Positions 38,844 to 46,465 of a DNA stretch of 64,000 nucleotides are shown piece after piece. Both the position numbers and the translations under genes were made by a program. The notes below the pieces were generated by a model, which worked only from the letters and a program-made list of their open reading frames with translations, was not told where the DNA came from and searched no databases. The DNA lies in NCBI GenBank assembly GCA_040758135.1, contig JBFLWA010000008.1, positions 29,226-93,225 of the forward strand, given 5' to 3'. This DNA is from Bacillota bacterium. Its GTDB lineage: Bacteria; Bacillota; Sulfobacillia; JBFLWA01. Numbering within the stretch: the first letter of the stretch is position 1; the number at the start of each line of letters is the position of its first letter.

Positions 38844-38872
38844 ATTATACCGCTGTCTCTCGCCAGAGTCAA
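38844..38872 (-). promoter_or_regulatory. Consensus promoter TTGACT-N17-TATAAT abutting the imuB LexA box
   Basis: On the minus strand, -35 is at 38872-38867 and -10 at 38849-38844. The operator starts at the next base. Confidence 0.5.
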
Positions 38873-38977
38873 TGGAAGACGAAACGAGAGATCTTGCGCC
38901 AGTCACAGAAATCCATAAGCGAGGCCTAACCTCGACCGAAGGTCAATCCCAATTCTCTTCAACTGTCTAATACAACT

Positions 38978-39838
38978 TTATCCTACCTCCTGTAAATCTA
39001 CTAGTCCAGCCACTACTACCGGCCTAGTCTCCCTCTTGGCCTTCGTAGATGCCAGGCTGGCCATGTTCACAAGGTCACTGACTGTGCATACCTCATTCCC
39101 CTCAGAGCGAGGGCGGCTCCTACGGCCGCCGGCGACCCCCGCCGAGCCTGTTATCTTCACTCCGTGTGGCCAGCTCTCCTCGGCAAGCGCGGTTACCATA
39201 CGCAAGGCAAGGTTTTTGGCATCTTCCAAAGGCCGTATGGTTACAACGGCAAATTCATCTCCCGCGTAGCGACACAGGTAGTCAACCCCGCCCTCCATCA
39301 CGCTTATCAAGACCTGCGCCACCTGCTGCAGAATTCTATCTCCCCATACATGGCCCAGTTCTTTATCTATCGCCCCGAAATTGTCTAGATCTACAAAAAC
39401 AATAGCAACTTCCTGGTCCTCCTGCAATAATTCCGCTGCCTTGCGCTGCAAGAATTCCGCCCGATTAAGCCCCGTCAATGCATCTATGTGCCTCCCCAGC
39501 TGGGCATACAGTTGAGACTTGGTGACTATCCCAACTACTCGCTGATCCTTAACCACTACCAGACGCTCGATCCCGTACTGCTCCAGAAGCTCCTTCGCCT
39601 CCCACAAAGAACAATCTATAGATACAACCACCACTGCTTTGCTCATAGCATCGGCCACTAGTCTGTTAAGATGGGATAGCCTAACATCACGGGAGGTTAT
39701 AATCCCGACCAGCTGCCCATCCTCAACTACCGGCAGGGAGCCTATTTTGTATAGATTCATTAATTCGGCAGCGCGCTCAACACTTTTACTGGGGTCAATA
39801 GTCAGGGGATCCCGCGTCATAACATCTACTACGCGCAT
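38978..39838 (-). CDS. CBS-pair plus GGDEF-domain protein (diguanylate cyclase-like, A-site variant AGDEF)
   Basis: Two CBS motifs (GSLPVVEDGQLVGIITSRDV; ERLVVVKDQRVVGIVT). GGDEF domain with RYAGDEF instead of GG[DE]EF. Confidence 0.7.
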   Translation of the reverse strand: MRVVDVMTRDPLTIDPSKSVERAAELMNLYKIGSLPVVEDGQLVGIITSRDVRLSHLNRLVADAMSKAVVVVSIDCSLWEAKELLEQYGIERLVVVKDQRVVGIVTKSQLYAQLGRHIDALTGLNRAEFLQRKAAELLQEDQEVAIVFVDLDNFGAIDKELGHVWGDRILQQVAQVLISVMEGGVDYLCRYAGDEFAVVTIRPLEDAKNLALRMVTALAEESWPHGVKITGSAGVAGGRRSRPRSEGNEVCTVSDLVNMASLASTKAKRETRPVVVAGLVDLQEVG

Positions 39839-40209
39839 TACAGATCCACCACCCGGTTGACTTCGACTACGATATTCACCTGAGCTTTCATTACCATTTT
39901 GTCGGTGGCAATGCGTGCCCCCTCCTCCTGCACCATTGGTAAGAGCTCCTCCTCAGGGAGAAGTTTGAGCAACGCCTTCTTCAAAACTACGGCCTCAAAA
40001 ATATCGTGTTCTAGTTGAATCACCTCGTACTGATCCGGCGAAAGAGCAGTCACCATCCGCCTTATGGATTCTGGCCCGATAGGCGCCCTCTTCCCCACAA
40101 GGAGGACATCTTGCATCGGCGGGATCTCAAACTCGGATAGTCGCATAGTCACATCCGCCTTGCGCTTTGGCGCCGACTGTGTTGAAGGGACAAGTGACTT
40201 TAATGACAT
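39838..40209 (-). CDS. Hypothetical protein coupled upstream of the CBS-GGDEF gene
   Basis: 123 aa. Its stop overlaps the GGDEF gene start. No motif recognised. Confidence 0.35.
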   Translation of the reverse strand: MSLKSLVPSTQSAPKRKADVTMRLSEFEIPPMQDVLLVGKRAPIGPESIRRMVTALSPDQYEVIQLEHDIFEAVVLKKALLKLLPEEELLPMVQEEGARIATDKMVMKAQVNIVVEVNRVVDL

Positions 40210-40464
40210 AAAGTACCACCTTTTCGTAAGTTGAGAGCTCTACCGAATGCCAGAGCTTAGTATTCATCCTGTTGCTAGCAAACTTGTTTCTATTTCTACC
40301 TTGTCAGGTGGATTCCCTTTTTTTAAGAGGCACATATTGCTAAATATCCCATGCTCTCTTACTCTACCTTGGAAGGGGAATGATACTCAGCGTCTACCTC
40401 CATGTCCGCTTATACCGACTGGAGTATGTGTAGAAAAGACACCCCCGACGGGCATCTCTATCGC

Positions 40465-40695
40465 TCACTTCAGCAGACCTAGGATGGTCTTACGATAACT
40501 CTCGTATGCCGCACGGCCGCGATCGGTAGCCTTATACATGGTGTTGGGGCGACGACCAATGAATTGCTTGGTGACCTCGATGTAACCCGCCTCCTCCAGG
40601 GTGCGCAAGTGAGAAGCCAGGTTGCCATCGGATAAGTTCAGGCTGGTCTTAAGAAAGGTGAAGTCGGCCCGGTAGCCCGAGGCTAGGATCGCCAT
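40465..40695 (-). CDS. HTH_34-type winged-helix regulator, apparently N-terminally truncated
   Basis: GIMAILASGYRADFTFLKTSLNLSDGNLASHLRTLEEAGYIEV. The conserved preceding helix DRVIHEPARL is encoded in frame upstream but is separated from any start codon by an in-frame TGA. Confidence 0.45.
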   Translation of the reverse strand: MAILASGYRADFTFLKTSLNLSDGNLASHLRTLEEAGYIEVTKQFIGRRPNTMYKATDRGRAAYESYRKTILGLLK

Positions 40696-40767
40696 AATCC
40701 CCAGCCGGGCCGGCTCGTGTATGACGCGGTCGACTGCGGTCGGATCCCAGGTTAGTCACGGCACGAC

Positions 40768-41312
40768 TCATTCCGGCACTCTCCTATCGGTACGCTCATC
40801 GCGAAAAGCGTGCAAGAACTGCAGATGCTCCCACAAACCCCTGCTCAGCCAGATTGGGAGCAGAAACCACACCACCTCATTCCTGAATCCGTAGCCCCGC
40901 CAACATCCATCAAGCCGGAGCCAGTGCAAAATGAAGAAGCCATCGTCCACCGGCAACCGCCCGGCCGCCAGAAGGATGGCCCAGAGAACCAGGGTGCAGC
41001 CGAGGGCAATGGTAAATGGCGCTGGCGTAGCGGTTGTCAGGCGCCCCGGCAAAAACCAAAAGATGGATACCAATAAAACCAGCAACGCCGTCTAGCCCAG
41101 ACACTCCTTTTGCTGACCAGCTGCCGCTCATCCTCGAGATGCCCCTTGCGGCGGTACAGGTCCCGCCAGAGGCTATTCCGCACCAAGAAGTAGCCCAGGT
41201 AGAGCGGAAGCAGCCAGGAGACCACCACAGGACGGGTGACACAAACCGCGAGACCAATAGGAGCTGTGGTATGAGCGGTAGGCATTGGAAGACGATAAGC
41301 AATCCGCCCTTG
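40768..41312 (-). pseudogene. Disrupted membrane-protein gene spread over three frames
   Basis: Protein-like segments lie consecutively in different frames: MKIYAQFERAKGGLLIVFQCLP at 41312..., then ...LYLGYFLVRNSLWRDLYRRKGHLEDERQLV (41285-41037), then LVLLVSIFWFLPGRL...LWEHLQFLHAFRDE (41085-40768). Confidence 0.35.
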
Positions 41313-41376
41313 GCCCGCTCAAACTGGGCGTAAATCTTCATAGGCAGCTCCGGTTCCCGCTTCCACAACCTGTCCG

Positions 41377-41386
41377 CCCCCCCCCC
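41377..41386. repeat. Homopolymeric C(10)/G(10) tract about 60 nt upstream of the disrupted membrane-protein gene start
   Basis: TGTCCG followed by CCCCCCCCCC then GGCC. Confidence 0.9.
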
Positions 41387-41463
41387 GGCCGTTTTCTACT
41401 CACTCACACTCTCCACCCGCCGCCATAAGATGAAGAGAAATTGCGTCAAGGAGGAACTGTCTG

Positions 41464-42591
41464 ATGCCGCACATCAAGCGTACCTTCCCGGGCGGTAACA
41501 CTTCCCGGGGCTTCTACTCCTTCTATAACTACATCGCCGACCCGGGAGCTAACAAGATCTTCGTCATCAAAGGCGGGCCTGGGGTTGGGAAGTCCACCTT
41601 CATGCGGAAGATCGCTGAGGAGATGGTGGAGCGGGGCTACGATATCGAGCTCCTCCACTGCTCGTCCGACAATGGCTCACTGGACGGAGTCTACATCCCG
41701 GCCATCGATGTCGCTCTCATCGACGGGACGGCCCCCCATGTGGTCGATCCCAAGAACCCGGGAGCGGTGGATGAGATCATCCACCTGGGCGACTACTGGG
41801 ATGAGAGCGGAATGCGGGCTAACAAGGAGCACGTACTGCGCCTCAACCGAGAAGTTGGAAGACTCTTCCGGCGGGCTTACGGCTATCTGGCCGTGGCTGG
41901 CATCCTCCAGAAGGAGCTGGAGGTCTACTACCCCGAAGCCGAGGCCCTGGACATCGCCGGTCTGAACGACCATACCCGGGCTCTGGTGGCCGACTTGACC
42001 GTTGGGGTCAAACCCTCCGGGCGGGCCCCCCGGGTGCGCCACCTCTTTGCCACCGCCATAACCCCTGACGGCACGGTAAATTACCTGGAGACCGTGGTCG
42101 GCCCGGCCAAGCGCAAGTATATCATCCGCGGTCCCCGGGGTACCGGGAAGGAAACGATGCTACGCAGGCTAATGGAAGCCGTGGTCGGCCTGGGTTATGA
42201 TGTGGAAGCCTACCACTGCGCCCTCGACCCGGACCGTATCGAGCACTTCTTGGTGCCTGAGCTGTCGGTGGCGGTGATCACCGGCACCGAGCCCCATTTC
42301 TACAAGTCAAAGCGCGGTGACACGGTGATCAATACCGAAACCTTTGTTGACAAGACAAAAATAGCCCGCTTCCAGGAGGAAATAGAGGCCGCCGTCGAGG
42401 CGTATAACCGGGCCATCCAGACAGCGGTTAGCTTCATCAATCGGGCCAAGCGGGCCCATGATGAGATGGAGCAATTCTACGTCCCCAACATGGACTTCGC
42501 CGCCATCGAAGAGCGACGGCAGAGGACACTCAGGCGCATCCTGGATCTGGCTAAGGAGAGACAGCAGGGACAGCCGGTTACAGCTGAATAG
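41464..42591 (+). CDS. Tandem P-loop NTPase (two THEP1/NTPase-like domains in one chain)
   Basis: Two Walker A motifs about 190 aa apart (KGGPGVGKSTF and RGPRGTGKETM), each followed by a similar context (GYDIELLHCSSD / GYDVEAYHCALD), indicating an internal duplication. Confidence 0.55.
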   Translation: MPHIKRTFPGGNTSRGFYSFYNYIADPGANKIFVIKGGPGVGKSTFMRKIAEEMVERGYDIELLHCSSDNGSLDGVYIPAIDVALIDGTAPHVVDPKNPGAVDEIIHLGDYWDESGMRANKEHVLRLNREVGRLFRRAYGYLAVAGILQKELEVYYPEAEALDIAGLNDHTRALVADLTVGVKPSGRAPRVRHLFATAITPDGTVNYLETVVGPAKRKYIIRGPRGTGKETMLRRLMEAVVGLGYDVEAYHCALDPDRIEHFLVPELSVAVITGTEPHFYKSKRGDTVINTETFVDKTKIARFQEEIEAAVEAYNRAIQTAVSFINRAKRAHDEMEQFYVPNMDFAAIEERRQRTLRRILDLAKERQQGQPVTAE

Positions 42592-42606
42592 GATAGCCGA
42601 AACTTA

Positions 42607-42631
42607 AAGGGCGGCCGCTGCCGCCCTTTTG
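42607..42631. terminator. Rho-independent terminator (GC stem plus TTTT)
   Basis: AAAGGGCGGC, loop CGC, TGCCGCCC, followed by TTTT. Confidence 0.5.
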
Positions 42632-42639
42632 AGCCCGTC

Positions 42640-43121
42640 CCTAATAAACCGATATTCACCGCCGAACTGCTGATCCGGTTGAGTGAATTGGCCCGCGCCA
42701 GTTCGCTATCGGGAACCAGAGCGGGTAAGGCCGCGCCAATGGCTGGGTCAAAGAACTCGCGGCAGATAGCGTTCATGATCATTAGCAGGTAGAGCACTGG
42801 TAGACTCAGGCTTTCGTGCCAGACCAGATAAGCCAGAAAGGAGTAGATTCCGCCCCTGGTGGCGTCAGTCACCACAATGATGCTCTTGCGGTTCCAGCGG
42901 TCGGCCAGGGCTCCCGCAAAGGGGCCGGGCAGCACCGCAACCATCATCTGGCTGGCAGCCAGAGTGCCCAAAGCCAGTGCAGATCCGGTCTCTACCTGGA
43001 TCCACCAGATAACAGCAATGTAACCGGCGCCATTAGCCAGCTGGGATACGGCTTGACCCAGCCAGAGAAGGACGAAATTACGGTTAAAGAGCTTTCGGGA
43101 CACGGAACTCACTCGCTCCAC
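42640..43121 (-). pseudogene. 3'-truncated MFS transporter gene (N-terminal ~165 aa only)
   Basis: EntS-like MFS N-terminus (NFVLLWLGQAVSQLANGAGYIAVIWWI...ALPALVPDSELARANSL). Homology stops at the terminator. The remainder of the ORF-track call is read-through. Confidence 0.5.
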
Positions 43122-43191
43122 ACCTCACCCCCATAAAGCTCCAATCAACGTCGAAAGGTGTATCAGGAAAGCACGATGGAGGTGATTTACG

Positions 43192-43848
43192 GTGAAGAAA
43201 CCAATCTTAGCGATATTAGCGGTATCACTCGTCATCCTGCTAGCCGTCCCTGCCCTGGCCGCTCCGATCCCATCCGAAACCAGGCTCGGCGCCAAGCTGG
43301 TATTCGACCGTTGGCGTCTGGCTCTCACCGGGCTTCCCGAAGCTCGCGCTGAGCTTCTGGCCCGGATCGCCCAGGAAAATGCCGACCTGGCGGCCGAACT
43401 CAGTACGGCCGACGCGCCGGAACTCGCTGCCCGACTCGGTCAACTGGCAGCGGCCAGGCTGGCCGAAGCCGAACAGCAGATAAGCCAGGCCGCAGCCCGG
43501 GGACGAGATGTCTCCAAAGCAGTAATGGCATTGGAGCAGGCAGCTACCCGGGCTCGTACCCGACTGGCCGAGCTCCTGGCCATGGCGCCCGAGCCAGCCC
43601 GAGCCGGTCTGCAGAATGCTCTAGAGCGGGCCAACCAGGGTATAGAGCGTGCACTGACCATCATGGAACAGATCCGCAACGGCGAGTTGAGAGGTAACCA
43701 TCAGATGATCGAGGCTATCCTGCGCGAGCGCCTGGGAGTCCCGGCTCAGGCTGGTGGCGATAGCCAGCGTCAGGGCAACCAACCCACAGAACCGGACCAG
43801 CCTGCACAGCAAGACCAGGGACAGGGGCAAGGGAAGAAAGGGTCCTAG
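43192..43848 (+). CDS. Secreted Ala/Leu/Arg-rich helical protein with a Gln/Gly low-complexity tail
   Basis: Signal peptide MKKPILAILAVSLVILLAVPALAAP. Helical heptad-like body. C-terminal QQDQGQGQGKKGS. Confidence 0.5.
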   Translation: MKKPILAILAVSLVILLAVPALAAPIPSETRLGAKLVFDRWRLALTGLPEARAELLARIAQENADLAAELSTADAPELAARLGQLAAARLAEAEQQISQAAARGRDVSKAVMALEQAATRARTRLAELLAMAPEPARAGLQNALERANQGIERALTIMEQIRNGELRGNHQMIEAILRERLGVPAQAGGDSQRQGNQPTEPDQPAQQDQGQGQGKKGS

Positions 43849-44059
43849 GCTTCAGCCAATCTCCGGCGAGGGCTCGCCAACGGCGGGTCCTCGTCCTTTT
43901 CGTTTAAGTATGAGTAAAGTATAATTGGGTAACTAGGGACAAAAACAAGGACGAGAAGCAAACTTCTCCCGGGGTGAATGGTTGCGCCAACATGTCCCCG
44001 ACACCCGGCCAGCGATGAATACGAACTACTCCACCGTAACTACCATGTGACACTGGACG

Positions 44060-44560
44060 GAAAGGGTGCTGGCAGCCAGTATAAAATCCGCATAAATGGT
44101 CACGAAAAGCCTTCCACCTGCAAATGGCAGTGCAGGTAAAACAAGGCCCACTCCCTAATTGGTGCTCTGGCAGACACAACTAAACCGGAGCAAGGGAGTG
44201 AGCCAAGACTTGACGGAGGTGGCGACCATCGTGGACATCGTGTAGTTATAAGAGAACAGGGCCTTTCCAAGCGAGCAGTGGCCAAAAGGTTGGGGATCAA
44301 CCGCGATACGGTCAGCAAGTACTGGGGCTGTGTTCAACTGAACTCAGGCAATTATAGCCAGCGGCCACAGTTGATGGACCCTTACCGTGATTATATCACG
44401 GGCCGGCTGCAAGCGTATCCCAAGCTTTCAGCGCACCGGCTTTACAAGGAAATCCGGTCTCAGGGCTTTCAGGGCTCCGAGCGCACCGTACACCGCCATG
44501 TAGCATCGATGCGACCGCAGCGGTTGCGCGGTACAAGCCCTTTCGAAAACAGCCGGCTTA
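44060..44560 (+). mobile_element. IS21-family remnant: left end with TGGCAG repeats plus a 5' fragment of istA (HTH region only)
   Basis: Three TGGCAG copies at ~44066, ~44126 and ~44168. The IstA-like N-terminus REQGLSKRAVAKRLGINRDTVSKYW...LSAHRLYKEIRSQGFQGSERTVHRHVASMRP has no start codon and loses homology near 44560, where the DUF262 gene 3' end overlaps. Confidence 0.45.
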
Positions 44561-45792
44561 TGGCCGGGGTCGCTGAACCACTGGACCAAATCCCGGTAAT
44601 CAGCAAGCGTAATGCTTTCCACGGCCCCGGCGTACCGCTCAACAAAAACCGAACCCCAGTACCACTTTTTTACCCCGCGGCAAGCCCGATTATCCAGTTT
44701 ATCCCGGTCAATCCTGTAGAGAAGAGCAGCCAGTACAGGCATCATTGTCGAATACGGGAGCCACCTCTGGGCAAACGCGCCGAACCCGTCCTGACTCGTC
44801 GAAGTGGTCCGCTTGAGGGCTTTTTCCATGTAAAGTACGGCGGTGTGCCAATCTTTTTCGAAGCCTTCCGGCCGCAGGTTAATTAGGGACTTACTTTTAA
44901 CCTCCTGTTCCCGGATAAGCGCTAATGCACGCAACACCAGAACCCCGTAAATATCCGGATCTCCACCCGAGAACTGGCGGAGCAATTCATTATCCTCCAC
45001 CGCCTGCTGCCAGAGCCGGTGCAGGTCAACACCGAAACGGTACAGCCGGGCGGTCAAAAGGTCGTATACCGAAAGAGCCACCCCGGTACTGTTGAGCTTC
45101 TCGAATATGGCGCATACTTCGGCAATACCGTCAGCATCGTCTGGCTTTACCTTCGGGATTTCAATCGTCGGCACATAAAACTGCCGGATGACCCCAACGG
45201 CGCGGTTCCACACCGGCTTATGCACCTTAAAGTACTCGTTGAAGTACCGCTCCTGGTCGCGCTCAATCAGCCAGCGTTCGTAATCGTTGAGCCAGCTTTC
45301 CCATCGCGGCAGTTCCGTGAACGGAACAATCAGGTTTTCAAACTGGTAGTCTTTGTCCAGGTAACGCCCGCTCAGGTCGGCTCGTTCGCTGAAGATGGCC
45401 GCATCCAGGTCACCAGCAGTGATCTTACCCAAGTCTAAGAAAAAACGGTAGGGATACTTGGTCCATTTTAAAGGAAGCGGTGGCGCTGCAAAAGCGTAAT
45501 GCAGGGAGGTTAACCGCTGTTGCCCATCGAGAATCAGCCAGTCTGGCTTGAGCTGCTCCGCCGGCTTCTCTACCCCGGCCACGGCCCGGAAAGCGAAGGG
45601 GCTGCTCTCCGCATCCACTTTCAAAAGAAGAAACGAACCGATGAAGTAACCCTTCAGCACCGAGGTCAGGAGGTCCCTCACATCATCCCGGGTCCAGACA
45701 AAGTTGCGCTGAAACTCGGGCAGGGCGATCTCCCCGCTCTTCGCCCGCTCCACCAGGTCGAGCAACCTTTTCTTGTCCGGCGTGATATCCAA
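44428..45792 (-). CDS. DUF262 (ParB/GmrSD-N-like nuclease-fold) defence-associated protein
   Basis: ALPEFQRNFVWTRDDVRDLLTSVLKGYFIGSF and the DGQQR motif (ILDGQQRLTSL). The last ~40 codons are antisense to the IS21 istA fragment. Confidence 0.7.
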   Translation of the reverse strand: MDITPDKKRLLDLVERAKSGEIALPEFQRNFVWTRDDVRDLLTSVLKGYFIGSFLLLKVDAESSPFAFRAVAGVEKPAEQLKPDWLILDGQQRLTSLHYAFAAPPLPLKWTKYPYRFFLDLGKITAGDLDAAIFSERADLSGRYLDKDYQFENLIVPFTELPRWESWLNDYERWLIERDQERYFNEYFKVHKPVWNRAVGVIRQFYVPTIEIPKVKPDDADGIAEVCAIFEKLNSTGVALSVYDLLTARLYRFGVDLHRLWQQAVEDNELLRQFSGGDPDIYGVLVLRALALIREQEVKSKSLINLRPEGFEKDWHTAVLYMEKALKRTTSTSQDGFGAFAQRWLPYSTMMPVLAALLYRIDRDKLDNRACRGVKKWYWGSVFVERYAGAVESITLADYRDLVQWFSDPGHKPAVFERACTAQPLRSHRCYMAVYGALGALKALRPDFLVKPVR

Positions 45793-45808
45793 GAAGCTTC
45801 ACCATCCC

Positions 45809-46440
45809 TTATCTCCGGCCTTCCGAAACCCTACGCCGCTTCCGGCCAGTCGCGGTAGAGGCTTTCCGCCTGCTCCATAATGATGACCACCAGCGTCTCG
45901 CACGCCGCCGGCTTGTACCCGTAACGGCCGCAATCGCCTGGTCCAAGGGAATCATCACCTCGTTGTGGTCTTTCTCGGTGTAGCAGGCCAGCGCTTTTTT
46001 GAGGTCGTCGGCGATCCCGATGTAGTCCACGATCAGCCCGCCCGGCTTGTCCTTGAAAACGCGGTTCACCCGGGCGATCGCCTGCATCAGATTGTGGCCC
46101 TTCATCGGCTTGTCAACGTACATCGTGTGCAGGCAGGGGTTGTCAAAGCCGGTGAGCCACATATCCCGGACGATCACTAACTTCAAAGGGTCGTCGGGGT
46201 CCCGGAAGCGCTTCTTCAGTTCCTCCTGCTTGGCCTTGCTCCAGAGGTGCGGCTGGTAATCCTCCGGGTCGCTCGCCGAGCCGGTCATCACCACCGCCAC
46301 CTCGGGGCAACCTGGTAGCTCCCGAAGATACTTGTAAAACCAACGCAGATGCGCCGGCTCATGTAGAAGACCATGGCCTTACCGTCTAAAGCCTCCAGTC
46401 GCCTTTCGAAGTGGGGCACGGCGTCGCGCAGTTGCCGGGC
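45809..46440 (-). pseudogene. Frameshifted internal fragment of a Type I restriction R-subunit (hsdR) gene, helicase domain 2
   Basis: Across frames: [37 protein letters not shown], then [12 protein letters not shown]...[40 protein letters not shown] (helicase motif VI region). No N-terminal nuclease or helicase domain 1 is present. Confidence 0.55.
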
Positions 46441-46465
46441 TAAGCCGTCGATGAAGTCGTATTGG

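Noticed and set aside
38790-38906. ORF-track start of imuB at 38906
   Set aside because: It would place the consensus promoter and the LexA palindrome inside the coding region. The encoded N-terminal 39 aa are low-complexity.
40910-41368. 152-aa ORF as an intact gene
   Set aside because: Only its first ~25 residues look protein-like. The rest is GC-frame noise (…SPGCFRSTWATSWCGIASGGTCTAARG…). It is interpreted as one piece of a three-frame-disrupted membrane-protein gene.
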